Positions 15,411 through 32,467 of a stretch of DNA of 64,000 nucleotides are shown here, in pieces. The DNA is from the human T2T-CHM13v2.0 reference genome, Homo sapiens: NCBI RefSeq assembly GCF_009914755.1, contig NC_060938.1. One strand, written 5' to 3'. Position numbers and translations under genes: made by a program. Every line of letters starts with the position of its first letter. Position 1 is the stretch's first letter. Below the pieces are notes generated by a model. That model saw only the letters and a program-made list of their open reading frames with translations, was not told the DNA's origin and searched no databases.

Positions 15411-15929
15411 ACCCCTTCATGATGTAACTCATGACAGCACTTTCTGGCTGTGTGGTCCCTGCCGAGATATTTAGCGCCTCTGGGCCTCAGTTTGCTCCTC
15501 TGCAAAATGAGGGAAATGATAGTACTTCAACTAGTTGTTGCAAGGAATCAGTGATTTACTAACCATTGTCCCGAGCATAGAGCAAGCCCTCCATATGTGA
15601 GCACTGTTGTTGTTACAGAGATCAGAACAGGGTTCTCAGCTGGCTACAGTGGCCAGTCTCCATCTGTCCACCTGAGTTAAGATGCCTCTTTGTCATCTGC
15701 CCAGGCTGCCCATTTGCACAAAGACTGAAAAATTGAGTCAGGATGAGCCCTAAGCTTCCTATGTGGGTTCTGCTCCTGGGGCGCTGGCTGATCCCCTTTC
15801 TTGGACCCTGATCCTGTCCTGGTGTGCACAAGGCTATGTAGAAAGGGCCATGGCCATGACCAGGGAGTGGATAGAAGTGTCGTCCCCTTCGTTGTGTGGG
15901 CCTGCACACTGTCCTTTGGGAATGCACAG

Positions 15930-16660
<731 letters not shown>

Positions 16661-17099
16661 TACTTTTCACAAAAAAACCTTTTATTTTTATTTTTATTTT
16701 TAGCATTCTGAGCAAGATGTAAATATTTGCCTCCTGAACTAGGGATCTCCCTATCACTGGGGTCTTTATAAGGCAGGTAGCCACATGGCTGGGATTCAGG
16801 GAAAGGGACTCAAGCATCGGATGGGGGTGGGTTGGATGCCCTTTGAGGTCCTGGCCTGCCTGAGCGCCCCTGGCTGTGTGGGGGTTCTGCCTGCCCCTCC
16901 CTCCTCACCTCCTTCCTCCCCCTCCTCCTCCCTTCCAGCAACAGATTTCCCTGCTGTCCCTCCAACATAGAGCTTTCCCTGTGCGGCCCCTCCCTCTTTT
17001 CTTCAGGTATCTGCTTAAATGTCACTTCCTCAGAGAAGCCCTCTCTGGCAGCTCTATCTGGACACTCCCCTGACCCACCACGCTGTGTCCTCCCTGCTG

Positions 17100-17341
17100 G
17101 TTTTTTGTTTGTTTTTTGAGACAGGGTCTCACTCTGTTGCCCAGGCTGGAGTGCAGTGGTGTGATCTCTGCAACCTCCGCCTCAGCTCACTGCAACCTCT
17201 ACCACCTGGGTTCAAGTGATTCTCCTACCTCAGCCTCCTGAGTAGCTGGGATTACAGGTGCCCACCACCACGCCCAGCTAATTTTGGGAGCCTCAGCCTC
17301 CCAAAGTGCTGGGATTACAGGTGTGAGCCACCACACCCAGC
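17100..17341 (-). mobile_element. Alu with an internal deletion and a small duplication
   Basis: Jumps from gctaatttt straight to gcctcagcctcccaaag. Confidence 0.85.
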
Positions 17342-17419
17342 CCTCCCTGCTGTTTCTCATAGCACTCACCACTAACTGCATTGATACTATTTGGCTGTTT
17401 ACTTATCATGTTAGGGGGG

Positions 17420-17860
17420 ATGACACTTGTCATTATTTCATACAATCCCAGTGCTTCAGTTGCTTAACACGGCAGAAGCAGGTCTTGCCCAGAGGACATT
17501 TTGGTGAGGGCGTTTGGCAGGTGGCCTTTCACAAGGTGTTCAGGGGCCCAGGCTCCTGCTAATTTGTGGCTCTGCTATCCCCCAGGATCTTGGAGCCCCC
17601 TGGCCTGAAGATGGGGGAAGAGAGAGGAATAGGAGACAGGAGGGGAGGGAGTGGAGTGGGGAAGGAGGGCAGGAGTCTGTGGGAGATTTTTATGGGCCAG
17701 ATAAGGGAGTGGCTTATATTACTTTGCCCACATCCCATTGGCCAAGACCCAGTCATATGGCCATAGCCAACTGCCAGGGTGACTGGGAAATGTAGTCCTC
17801 CTGGTGTCTAGCAAGAAAATTAATTAACTTTTGGTGAACTCCTAGCAGTCTCAGCTACAC
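17420..17860. mobile_element. MLT1-type MaLR LTR
   Basis: cacatcccattggccaagacccagtcatatggcc...gactgggaaatgtagtc. Confidence 0.65.
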
Positions 17861-17864
17861 TTAT

Positions 17865-18035
17865 TTATCACATGTCATTGAATTTATGACATCATCTATT
17901 GCAAGGGACACCATGATTTCTGGAACCACTAATTAAATTAAACTAAGACATGCCATTGATTTCAGGTGAATTCTGATTGCCAAGATGGTAAAATGTGGAA
18001 AAATGGTACAGCTCGGAGTCAATGAACTATGGTAT
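17865..18035. mobile_element. TcMar-Tc2 MITE (MER104-like)
   Basis: Degenerate TIR-like ends (...agtcaatgaactatggta). Confidence 0.5.
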
Positions 18036-18105
18036 TGTCTCTCCTTGAGGACAGGGACCCATTCACCTTGCTCACCAACATATTCCCAGAGCTGCAAGAG
18101 TGTCA

Positions 18106-18285
<180 letters not shown>

Positions 18286-18726
18286 TTAAAGACAATGGTA
18301 GTTGAATGAGTGACAGTGTGTGAGCTACTCTTTTGTTTAAGTGCGAGAAGCCCCCTTGAGTAAACTACAGTGTCAGGGAATCAGGCCATGCTCGTTCACC
18401 TGAACAGAGATGCTGCAGGGGCATGGGAGGAATTGCCAACAGTAACTGGGGCTTCTAGGACTCTCTGCCTCAACCGTTCCTTCTCTCTGCTGCCAGCTTC
18501 GATATTCTTCTCTCTCACTGCACATGGGAGGGAAGAATGACCTTGCTCAGCTCTTGAGCTGTCCATCTTACTGCCTCTGTCCCTGGAGAGGCAGCCCTGA
18601 CACCAAAAATCTAATGGGAGAGACTCACTGGCCCAGCTTGGATCAGGAGCACACCCTGGGTCAATAAGCTGAGCCAGGAAGGCAGATATAGGATGTCTCT
18701 AAGAATATGGCAATTTCTGCAGGAGC

Positions 18727-18758
<32 letters not shown>

Positions 18759-18783
18759 TGTACGTGTACATGCATGTGCACAG
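18727..18783. repeat. (TG)n microsatellite
   Basis: Read directly. Confidence 0.9.
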
Positions 18784-19074
18784 AAAGACAGGCAATGTAT
18801 GTTGGGGTCAGACGTCCTTCACAGGAGAGAAGCTAGTGCTTGGCAGTCAGTTCTAGCAGTGCCTGAATATGGGACCCCTTTGCCTGAAAAGGGACTGTGT
18901 CAGTGAAAGTAACAGGCATGCAAATACATAATGAAATGGGTGGGTGGGAAGATGCATGGATGGATGAATGACAGAAGGAGAGAGGGAGCAAGACAGTCTT
19001 ACTTGCTTTAGCATTAAACATTTTAAAGAATCTAAATGGAAGCTGTCTCCTCATTACCAAATAGGGATGCTAAA

Positions 19075-19320
19075 AACAACTCTTAATATTTATTAAGTAC
19101 TTCCTGTATGCCAGGCATTGTTCTAAGCTCTTTTCTGCATTAACTCACTAATTCCCAAGACCATCTTGTGAGATGAATACTACGATGAATACTATAATTC
19201 ACATCCCCATTTTACAGATGACAAAACTGAAGCATCTAGAGGTTAAATAACCCCATTCATAAGGGGCAGAGCTAGGATTCAAACCCAAACAGTCCAGCTC
19301 TAACCACAAAGCTCTCTGGC
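19075..19320 (-). mobile_element. MIR
   Basis: cccattttacagatgacaaaactgaagc core. Confidence 0.8.
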
Positions 19321-19394
19321 CCAGCGCCATGGCTACTATGAGGATTAAAGCCATCTGGAGGCTACTGAGTGTGTTCAATGACAGTAATTGGGTT

Positions 19395-19689
<295 letters not shown>

Positions 19690-20768
19690 TGAGGTAGGAT
19701 ATTTATGCCACATCACTGCTTGATATAGAGTGAAAATAAAAACAGATTTAAGAAAAGTTAAGCTAAATTTACAGATGTCAGAACTCCAATAGCTACTGAA
19801 AAGAAGGATACTAGAGGTGAGTTTGGGGGCATATTCTGAATTTTCGATGTCCTTCCCTCAAACACACCCCTTTGTGGTGGTCAGAGCCCAGAGCTGGCCA
19901 AGGCTAGGTGGACTAAAGTGAGAGCTACCAGGTACCATTGGGCCCTGCATAAGGACACTTGACTGAGAGGACCCAAGGGAGGGCTGAAGTTTCAAAAAGC
20001 CAGCAGTGGCCACTCTCCGTGAGCCTGAGCTCATGTGTGCTGGGCTTGGCCAGTGAACTGGGATCTCCCAGCTGTCCCAGGGCAGCCACTCTGCCTCCAA
20101 TTGTCTCTTCCTGCCTTGGTAGAGCCTCTCTCTTCTCATTGTGATGCCTGCAGCCTGGAAAATCATGGATAAAAAGCCCTGATTGAAAGGCACTAATTAC
20201 CCATTATTATTTTCCATGCCGTAATTTGTGCGGAATGAGATTTCAATCAGTTGTCGGGGATCAGCCTGGTTTTGACTAATCTTTCTAACGACAAGATGCT
20301 TAATTACAGATTTTTGCCTGAGCTCCAGAGCGTGCAGAGGGAGGCAACTCTCGCTGAAGCCACCATGCTCTTGGGTCATCCTGCAGCCCTGGGTCCCAGA
20401 GGGCCCCCAAGGGGAGAAAGAGAAAGAAATCATTAGGAAAATATTCCCAAGGAGGCCAAATAAAATGGCACCACCACAGAGAGGGGGCTGTGTTAGCAAC
20501 ATGGACATAGAGGGTATCGGGGGGCTGCTTTCTAAGTCAACTCATCCTCCAGAACAGGTCACCACTTGCTGTGTCTCTATTGCCCCCATCAGCCCCAGCC
20601 TCCCCCAAAGCAGCCTGGCATTCTAGTTAGTAAGTTTGAGCAAGTCATTAGTTTCTTAGGGCTGTTTTATTATCTGAAAGTCACCAGGGTAGTCAGAAAA
20701 ATCTCTGAGAACTTATGATTCAGTGACTCCAGCTGTGCTGAAGTGTGTGTCCAGAAAAGTGTTACCTA

Positions 20769-21230
<462 letters not shown>

Positions 21231-21240
21231 TTAAGTTTTA

Positions 21241-21263
21241 TGTGTGTGTGTGTGTGTGTGTGT
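21241..21263. repeat. (TG)n microsatellite
   Basis: Read directly. Confidence 0.9.
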
Positions 21264-21341
21264 AATTAATGGATCTCAGTGCACAGAATTGGATTCTTCA
21301 TTATCGCTGGTTCGTAACACTTAACCATTGGCCTACTTGCC

Positions 21342-21432
21342 CCTTCCTTCCTTCCTTCCTGCCTGCCTTCCTGCCTTCCTGCCTTCCTGTCTGCCTCCCT
21401 TCCTTCCTTTCTTCCTTCCCTACCCTCCCTCC
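21342..21432. repeat. (CCTT)n/(CCTG)n pyrimidine-rich simple repeat
   Basis: Read directly. Confidence 0.85.
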
Positions 21433-22405
21433 CATGTAATAAGTGCCCATGAATCCATATTCAACAGGAAAACTGGAACCTTGACAGTAATTCGCATCTA
21501 GCCACATGGTCCTCCCCATCCTACCCTCCTGTTAGGGGCATTCTGCAATCTTTAATACTATTTTAAAGGAAATTTAGTTACAGTATAGTAGTTCTAGGTG
21601 CCTGAGGGGCTGATTTGTGACTCATAAAGCCTTGCTGGAGGGTCTGAGGATCTGCTTTAATGGATAGCTCTTGATGGCCCCTGGTTAGCAAATTAATTAT
21701 TGAAATGTACATAAGAATCTCTCAAGTGTTCAGAAACCATTTTTCTTCTGTGGAGTGGATTCCCATGTCAGTTTTGTTTATCCTCTTAATTTGCCCAGCC
21801 AGCTTCTTTCCCTCCTGGTCTATGGCAAGTTCCTTGAAGAATCATCCTCAATTCTAGGTCTGGGGGCCTTGGATGAGGGAAGGGGTTTGCTGGGTTTAAC
21901 CACAGGCCTGCCCACTGCTGGACTTTCTCAGAAGAATCACAGCCTCAGGCAACATCCACTGAGTGCCTGCTTGTCACCTGCGCTGTTCTAAGCATTGTGC
22001 CTTCATTGGCTCTTGCTCAACTCTGTGAAGGAGGTGCTGTGATTGAGCCCATTTTACAGATGAGGACCCTGAGGTCCAGAGAGGATGACCTGATTACTCA
22101 AAGCCAGCAGCAATTAGGGATAGAACTGGCACGTCTGCTACCAGCATGCAGGCTTGTAGCCATTAAGTGGCCCAGCTGCTTGTTCCAGTTCTTAAATGCA
22201 TGGCCCCAGCAGGGATGAGGCTCTGGGGGCCGTCCTTCAGCCTGACCCAGATTCTTGGGTGTGGTGGGTAGATTCTACCCCATAGAGGAAAGCAAGCTGG
22301 ACGCTTATCAGGCCAGTCCATTCCTCTGCCTGCTGCCCTCTGACCAGCAGCAGGCCACCTAGTGTGGGAAAGATCCTTGAGATTCCAGCGTAAAAAACAG
22401 TGAGA

Positions 22406-22710
22406 GGCCGGGCCTGATGGCTCATGCCTGTAATCCCACATTTTGGAAGGCCGAGGAGGGCAAATTACCCAAGGTCAGGAGTTCGATACCAGCCTACCCA
22501 ACATGGTGAAACCCGTCTTTACTAAAAATACAAAAATTAGCCAGGCATGGGGGCACACGCCTGTAGTTCCAGCTACTCAGGAGGCTGAGGCAGGAGAATC
22601 ACTTAAAGCTGAGAGGTGGAGGTTGCAGTGAGCCAGATGGAGCTACTGCACTCCAGCCTGGATGACAGAACAAGACTCCATCTCAAACAAAACAAAAACA
22701 AAACAAAACA
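22406..22710 (+). mobile_element. AluS
   Basis: Alu consensus. Confidence 0.88.
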
Positions 22711-23517
22711 CCGATGATGATCTCCTGTTGATACCCTGAAATCTGTCTTCCTCTAGAAGTCTAAGGCAAAATAGTTCAGCAATTTGAGTTTCATTCAGAA
22801 CTTTTGAGATTCCCCTGGTCTCTGCATTAGGAAAATCTTCAACCTGCTTTGTAATTCAGCAGAGCAATGTCCAGCCAAGGCAGGAAGAGCCCCCCAGCAA
22901 GCTCGGTGTCCCCTGGGGATCAGGCTGCGAAGGGAACAGGGTCCCACGGTGGCTACTGAGAAGGCCCAGGGCAGAGATGAGTTGGGGCACGAGGGAGGCC
23001 ACGTTTAATCAGATGGGGGTGAAATTGAGGCCAGGGCAGCGCTTGCTAAGCTCCAGTTAGGAGATGAATCAAAGGGAAAATGATGCCCCAAGGGGCTTCG
23101 ACCACTGACTACTGCCCTTTCAAAGGCTGCTTGGATGGGCGTCTGTTCCCTCCCCATGAAGAGTCAATAGTTATCGATCCAGTGGGGAACTGGGTCCCAG
23201 CCAACCACAGATGATGGACTTGACACTCCCCGCTCCTCCCCAGAACACAAGGGTCAGCTGCCTCCTGCCTCATCCTGCAGCAGCTACTCCTCCTAGACAC
23301 CGGCTTGGCCACCACCCCATGGCCACCTGTGAAATCCGAAGTGCCAGTCTCAGGCCTAGACGCCGTCTCCCAACCTTCCAGCTTTCTTGCTTCTTCCTCC
23401 TGCTGGACCTCAGCCTCAGCCTCCCGGAGACCACCATTGCCGCCTCTCCATTTTCTCCCAATCCCGTCCTTTCTGACATCACTCCCTTGTCCACCCTCTT
23501 CCCTCATACTTCTAAGT

Positions 23518-23721
23518 CAGTGGTTCTCAGCAGTTTTGCTCCCAGGGAGACATTTGGCAATGTCTGTAGGTTTTGGCTCACATACTTGGGGGCAGGGTGC
23601 TACGGGCATTGAGTGGGTAGAGGCCGGGGGTGCTCCTGAGCATCCAGCAGTGCTGGGACAGCCCCATCACATGGAATCACTCAGCCCCAGATGTTAGTAG
23701 TGCCGAGGATGGAAGCCTAGG
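23518..23721. mobile_element. MER20 (hAT-Charlie)
   Basis: cagtggttctc...gacatttggcaatgtctg...gagtgggtagaggcc. Confidence 0.8.
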
Positions 23722-24046
23722 TCTCAGCTGCTGGAGATGGGGCCCGCTTGCATTGTTGCACCAGCATCATGAGTTAAGAGGCCTGGAGAACCTTTGCGTC
23801 CCAGATTTCTGCTCCCACTTTGTCCCACAGTTACTATTGCAAACTTCCCTCCTTCTCCTAGTCCTCCTGCCCTCCGGCCCTTGCCTTCACTCCCTGTCCC
23901 TCCTACTTCACAGAGTCACTGCAGGCTGAGTGGAGGTGGTGTGGGTGGGTTTGGGGGGTAAAGAGGGCCTCACTCAATGCCCCCCTCTGCCACCTACAAA
24001 CTTCTCATCTGTACAGCCAACCTTCCCTCTCACTCTTACTGAATAA

Positions 24047-24367
<321 letters not shown>

Positions 24368-24430
24368 TGGATTCCTTGCAAACTCTTACAAGATCCTCTC
24401 ATGATGGCATCACTTCTTCCAGTAGGACCC

Positions 24431-24476
24431 CACCCTTAAGAATCACACCCTTAAGAATCAACACCCTTAAGAATCA
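24431..24476. repeat. 15-bp tandem repeat, 3 copies (CACCCTTAAGAATCA)
   Basis: Copies at 24431, 24446 and 24462. Confidence 0.9.
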
Positions 24477-24711
24477 CAGCTGCACCACCAAAACCAAACC
24501 AAACCTCCCTGTAGATTTCTTGGGCCCTGCCTGTAGAGACGCTTCTTCAAAATATGACGTCAGTGGGATCAGGTCTAGGAAGCCACCTGTTCACCAAGCC
24601 CCTCAGCTGCCTCCGATGAAGATTGAAGTACAGTTTGCAAAAAGCTGACACGTATTTTGTGTCTTCAGCCTTTAAGTGTTGATTTTGCCCTCTACCACTA
24701 ATATTTAACAT

Positions 24712-24832
24712 CGGGTAGCCATATGATTCATGATCTACTTCAGGGAGAGAAGTGGGGGCGGTGATGGTAATGACACTGGGCCAGCAGTAGGACCGAGATT
24801 GCTCAGGGCCAACTGGGAGGTATCGATACCTA
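24712..24832. mobile_element. MER81-like (hAT-Blackjack) MITE
   Basis: Degenerate gggtagccatatg...gtatcgataccta termini. Confidence 0.55.
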
Positions 24833-25356
24833 ATTTTTAAATGTCTTAAATTCCTTACATTCTCAACACGCCCCCTTCTCATCAAAGAAGCTGACAATTA
24901 GTACTGACAACAGTAACAAAACATTCCTTCCCCACGTCACAGCCTCCAAGTCCAGGAGGGCATGCTTTGTTTACAAGGTAGCTGGTGCTGCCTGAATGTG
25001 TTCATGAAGGCACCCCTGCTCCGCCCAGTCCTCTACCCTTCACGGCCAATTTTCCTGAAAGAATTGTCTGCATTCACTACTTTCAGCCATTGCAATGAGG
25101 CTTCTGTCCCCATCATGCAGTAACCTGGCTGTGGTGAATGTCCCCAGACACTTCCTGACTGCTAAGTGTAGGGATACTTGCCCCTTCTCACTCTCACTCC
25201 ACCTGACCTTATAGGATGGAATCTGCTGCCCACCGCCCTTCTAGATGGCTCTGCTCATCCAATTTCCATGACATGCTCTATTTTTTCCTTTTCCCACACC
25301 TCTGGTTACATCTTCTCTGTCTTCTTGGACTTCTTTCCCTCTGTCCTGCCTTTACA

Positions 25357-25535
<179 letters not shown>

Positions 25536-25765
25536 CTGCCTTTAAATTTTTCATTCGAATGAATGAACACATGAGGTCCTGGGGGATAAGGACAGATGGA
25601 GGGAGTGGGCAGGTCTCCCAGAGGGTCTGGCCTCTCCAGCAACTTTCTTCCCCCTGCCTGGTGCATCAGGAACCAGGCAGCCCAGAGAGCACTGTGCCTC
25701 TCTCCCCCTCTGCTTCCAGAGAGTTCTCTATTCTGACACTTTATAGGTTAAGAAATAACAGCGAA

Positions 25766-26251
<486 letters not shown>

Positions 26252-26269
26252 TCAGGTTCGGACTGCAGC

Positions 26270-26426
26270 TTCTCCCAGGACTCAAGTGAATGGGATAGGC
26301 TCTGAGCTCCGGCCTTTTCCTTCTCCCAGGACTCAAGTGAATGGGACAGGCTCTGAGCTCCAACCTTTTCCTTCTCCGAGGACTCAAGTGAATGGGACAG
26401 GCTCTGAGCTCCAGCCTTTTCCTTCT
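26270..26426. repeat. 51-bp tandem repeat, 3 copies, inside a MIR-like element
   Basis: Units start at 26270, 26321 and 26372. Confidence 0.93.
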
Positions 26427-26791
26427 GTAAGGTGGGGATAGGAGGGCAGAGCGGACAGGCTGTGAGGATTAAATAAGATGGCACGGAAGAAGGTGTCTCA
26501 CATGCAGCTGGGGCCTGATGGGCAGCCGCTAGTATCGCCCAGCCTCTGAGAGGGGAAGCTGGGCAGCTCCTGAGAGTGAGGAAAACATGCAGAAGAGCCT
26601 GGAAGGAATTTCAACCCAGAAAAGAAGCTGTGGCCCTCTGGGGGTCTTCATATAGTGTGAAAATATGAAGAATGAGAGAATGAATGAAGCAAGACCAGAG
26701 GCACCGCAGCAGTGCCCCCATCAGCATGGCACCCGCGGGGCCCTTTCTGGCGCTCTGTGCACTTGTGTTGGCTTAGTGTCTGTTGTTCCTA

Positions 26792-27254
<463 letters not shown>

Positions 27255-27320
27255 ATGGAAATGAGAAAGCTGGAGGACTAAAATTACTAGATCCTCCTGA
27301 GTTGGGACTCAGGCTCTAAA

Positions 27321-27423
27321 TTAATAGCGGGCTTCCTGTACCAACCCTGATAGTTAATAACGGGCTTCCCGCACCAACCCTGATAGAGTTAATAGCGGGT
27401 TTCCCTCACCAACCCTGATAGAG
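27321..27423. repeat. 33-35 bp tandem repeat, 3 copies
   Basis: TTAATARCGGG...ACCAACCCTGATAG at 27321, 27354 and 27389. Confidence 0.9.
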
Positions 27424-28422
27424 GCCAGCATCTTCTTTGCTTCCCTCTCAGCCCTGAGGGTCTTCATCCAGGGCCTGGAGGTGGGGCCCAGACACTGCAG
27501 GATGCAGGATGCTTTGCACCCTTCTGAATCAAGGAGGGGAGCGGAAGAGGAAACCAAGGCTTGGGGAGCAAACCGCCGCCTGCTCTGGTGTCCTTCAGGG
27601 CTGTCCAGCCATGAGACGGGTGCAGGGAGGCAGTTGGGAAAACTGTGGCCTGCCCTCTCCTGGGAGGGGCTGGGAGCTTTCCATTTACTTTCCTTGGGGC
27701 AAATGCCTCTTATCCATCAAGGCACAGATCTGAAACAGGTGACACAGAGTACTTGGTCACTACATCATCGCTGCTGTAATTACTGTTTATGTCAAGTGTA
27801 TCTCCTGAGATCTCTGGAGCCCTCTGCAGCCTGGGGAAGGTTTGGGCTGAAGACCCCTGGGATCTGGGAGCTGTGTTGCTCAGCAGGGTTTTTCACAGTG
27901 CCCTAGGGTCTTCCTGTGAAAAGCAAAACCTAAAGCAGCCATCAGGAAAGCAGGAGGGGATTAAAAGTTAGGATGTGGTCAGCTCTATTCTGCCTGCCTC
28001 GTGGAAGGGTGCCTGAGGAGCAAGGTGCGCCCCTGTTGGCTCATCACATGCCCCTGCAGCTGATGGCCTGCCAGGCTGATGGTCTTTCCTGGGGACTCCA
28101 CTGGTGGTTGGGAAGAAGGTGTGTGGCAGTGCCCAGGGAGATGATCACAGAGATGTAGAAGGGCCTGGAGGAGATTCTCAACCAGGGGACTGGGGCTTAT
28201 AGGAGGGTGTCTCCGAGGACTCAGGGACATTCCACAGGAAACAGAAGAGACCCAGGAGTCTCTGTCTTCACACACTGCATTTTGGGAGTTGGTGAACTTC
28301 TGGAGAGTAGGAGCTTTATGTTATCTTTTATCTTTGTGTCTGTAGCTCCCAGCTTCTGGTCTATGGGAAAGTGAGTTCCTTGACTCCAGCCATAGTCAAT
28401 GGCAGCCCCTCAGGAGGGGCTA

Positions 28423-28745
<323 letters not shown>

Positions 28746-29774
28746 TAATCATTAATGAGACCAGGGACAGTGGAGGCCTCTCCCCATCATAAGGTTGCAC
28801 AGACACATTTTGTGGCATTGCTATTTGGCCATGGGTTGCAAGATGCGAGTGGGCTCTGTGGGTGTGATAAGAGGGAGAGACAGACCCTCCCTGCCACCCA
28901 AGAGTCGTCTTTCCATTGGCAGGCTGTCCTATGACCTCCCTATCCTTTGCTCCTCTGCAAGATCTTTCCCTTTTTCCTTTCACCTGCTCCAGGCATAAGC
29001 ATGAGCCTCCTCTCTACCTCCATAGGGGAAGGCTCAGGGAGTGAGGCAGCCTGTCAAGGACAGGGACAGATCAACACCACCCAGGCCACCCTCAGTCCCA
29101 ATCCTGGCTGGAATGTGACCCACAGCTGGGTTTCCCTGAACACACACCTTAATCTCCCAGGTGTGAGCTCAGCTGTCTTTCTTGTCCATGTTGAGAGAAG
29201 AACAAGTCCTCTCCCTTCATCCTGGGAGCTGGGATACGGGAGGGGAACACCCTTGCCCGCCTTCTCCTCCACCAGCATGGCCGGGGTGGAGGGGCTTGGT
29301 TTACAGGAAACATTCTGTTATCCCACACAGTGATCTTGCCATACTGGTAATTCACCTGGACTTTGTGGGTGGGTGGGGAGGCTCAGTGGGTAGAAATAGC
29401 TGGGGGATGCTCAGGGTTGGGGTTAGAATGCTCCCTCAAGCTTTCCAGTGGAGACATGTCTCTTGGGGGACAGGCAGGCTGGGTAGAAGCTGGCTACTCG
29501 GGGTCTAGGAAGGGAAATGAGAGAGGGAGGGTTTGGGAGCCACCTTCCAGACATGCCTTCTGGTACCAAGCCTGGACCAGTGGCAAAACCCAAAGGGCAG
29601 CCAATCTGGCTGGTACCTTTGCCACAGGATTCCTTCTTGAATCAGCCAAATAACCTGTTGCCTCTGGTTCCGATCTTAGTGAAGGTAGGGGTCCCAGGGA
29701 AGCTCCAAGCCAGGTCACTGTACTTAGTCTCTGGGCCAAAGCTGTACTGCCAAGACTGTTACATTGTAGCCATT

Positions 29775-30090
<316 letters not shown>

Positions 30091-30196
30091 TTATTGTTAT
30101 GCAGGAAGGTTGGCCAAACATTTTGGCTGACTAGTTTCCATCTTGTGTCACCCTCAAACTAGAAATTTGCAAAGCACTAGGGTGCCTAATCTGAAG

Positions 30197-30495
30197 ATTT
30201 TTTGTTTGTTTTTGAGATAAGGTGTTGCTCTACCACCCATGCTGGAACGTAGGGGTGCGATCATAGCTCACTACAGCCTTAAACTCCTGGGCTCAAGCAA
30301 TCCTCCCTCCTCAGCTCCTGAGTAGCTGGGACTACAGGCATACACCATCATGCCAGGCTAATTTTTTTTTTTTTAACAGATGGGGTCTCCCTATGTTGCC
30401 CAGGCTGGTCTCAAACTCCTGGCTTCAAGCGATGATCCTCCCCGCTCAGCCTCTCAAAGTGCTGGGATTTACAGGTGTGAGCCACCACACCTGGT
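30197..30495 (-). mobile_element. AluJ
   Basis: Diverged Alu. Confidence 0.87.
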
Positions 30496-30559
30496 CCGCT
30501 GAAGTTTATTGATCAAAATAAAGTTTCTTTGAGGCCTCCGAAGGTTTTGGAGGTAATGC

Positions 30560-31335
<776 letters not shown>

Positions 31336-31580
31336 TGAGATGACACGCGTTCCCCACCCCCTCAGCTCCCCCATGCACAGCCCCAGAAAACCAAAAGAAA
31401 ATCCACAGGAATGCCAAACCCTGGGTGCTTCTCACTGGTATGGAGTACACTGTCAAATGTGTGTCCCTCAAAAAGTTTATTTTGTGCGGGGGAAAAATAT
31501 AATTTGCCCTGCAATTCCAGACTTACGGGACATAGAAAGCGTCCCTCACCTTGTTTTTGTCTTACTTATACAAGTAAAAC

Positions 31581-31842
31581 GCCAGATGTGGTGACTCATG
31601 CCTGTAATCCCAGCACTTTGGGAGGCCAAGGCCAGAGGATAGGTCAAGCCAGGAGTTGAGACCAGCCTGGACAACACAGTAAGACCCCATCATTATTATT
31701 ATTATTTTTAAATTAATGCATGGTGGCACACACCTCTAGTCCCAGCTACTTGGGATGCTGAGGCTGCAGTGACCTGTGATGGCACCACTGCCTTCCAGCC
31801 TGGAAGACAGAGCAAGACCCTGTCTCAAAATAATAATAATAA
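31581..31842 (+). mobile_element. AluJ (partly deleted)
   Basis: Diverged Alu. Confidence 0.85.
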
Positions 31843-31941
31843 TATATGAGTATTTTCTCACTGTAGAAGACTCAGACCTGTTGGAATCAGGACAGGAGCT
31901 CATCCTGTCTGGATCCCAGTTTAACCTATTTTTAAGACCGA

Positions 31942-32100
31942 CCTTCCTTCATTCCTTCCTTCCTTCCTTTCTTCCTCCCTTCCTCTCTCTCTCTCTCAAC
32001 CCATCCTGTCTGGATCCCAGTTTGACCTATCTTTTAAGACCTGTATTTTCTTTCCTTCCTTCCTTCCTTCCTTCCTTTCTCTCTCTCACTCTCTTTCTTT

Positions 32101-32134
<34 letters not shown>

Positions 32135-32137
32135 TTC
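31942..32137. repeat. (CCTT)n/(CT)n simple repeats within a local duplication
   Basis: Read directly. Confidence 0.85.
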
Positions 32138-32150
32138 GATGAGAGTCTCG

Positions 32151-32467
<317 letters not shown>

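Noticed and set aside
24818-24831. Perfect 14-bp palindrome AGGTATCGATACCT
   Set aside because: About 4 are expected by chance in 64 kb, and it lies in a MER terminus.
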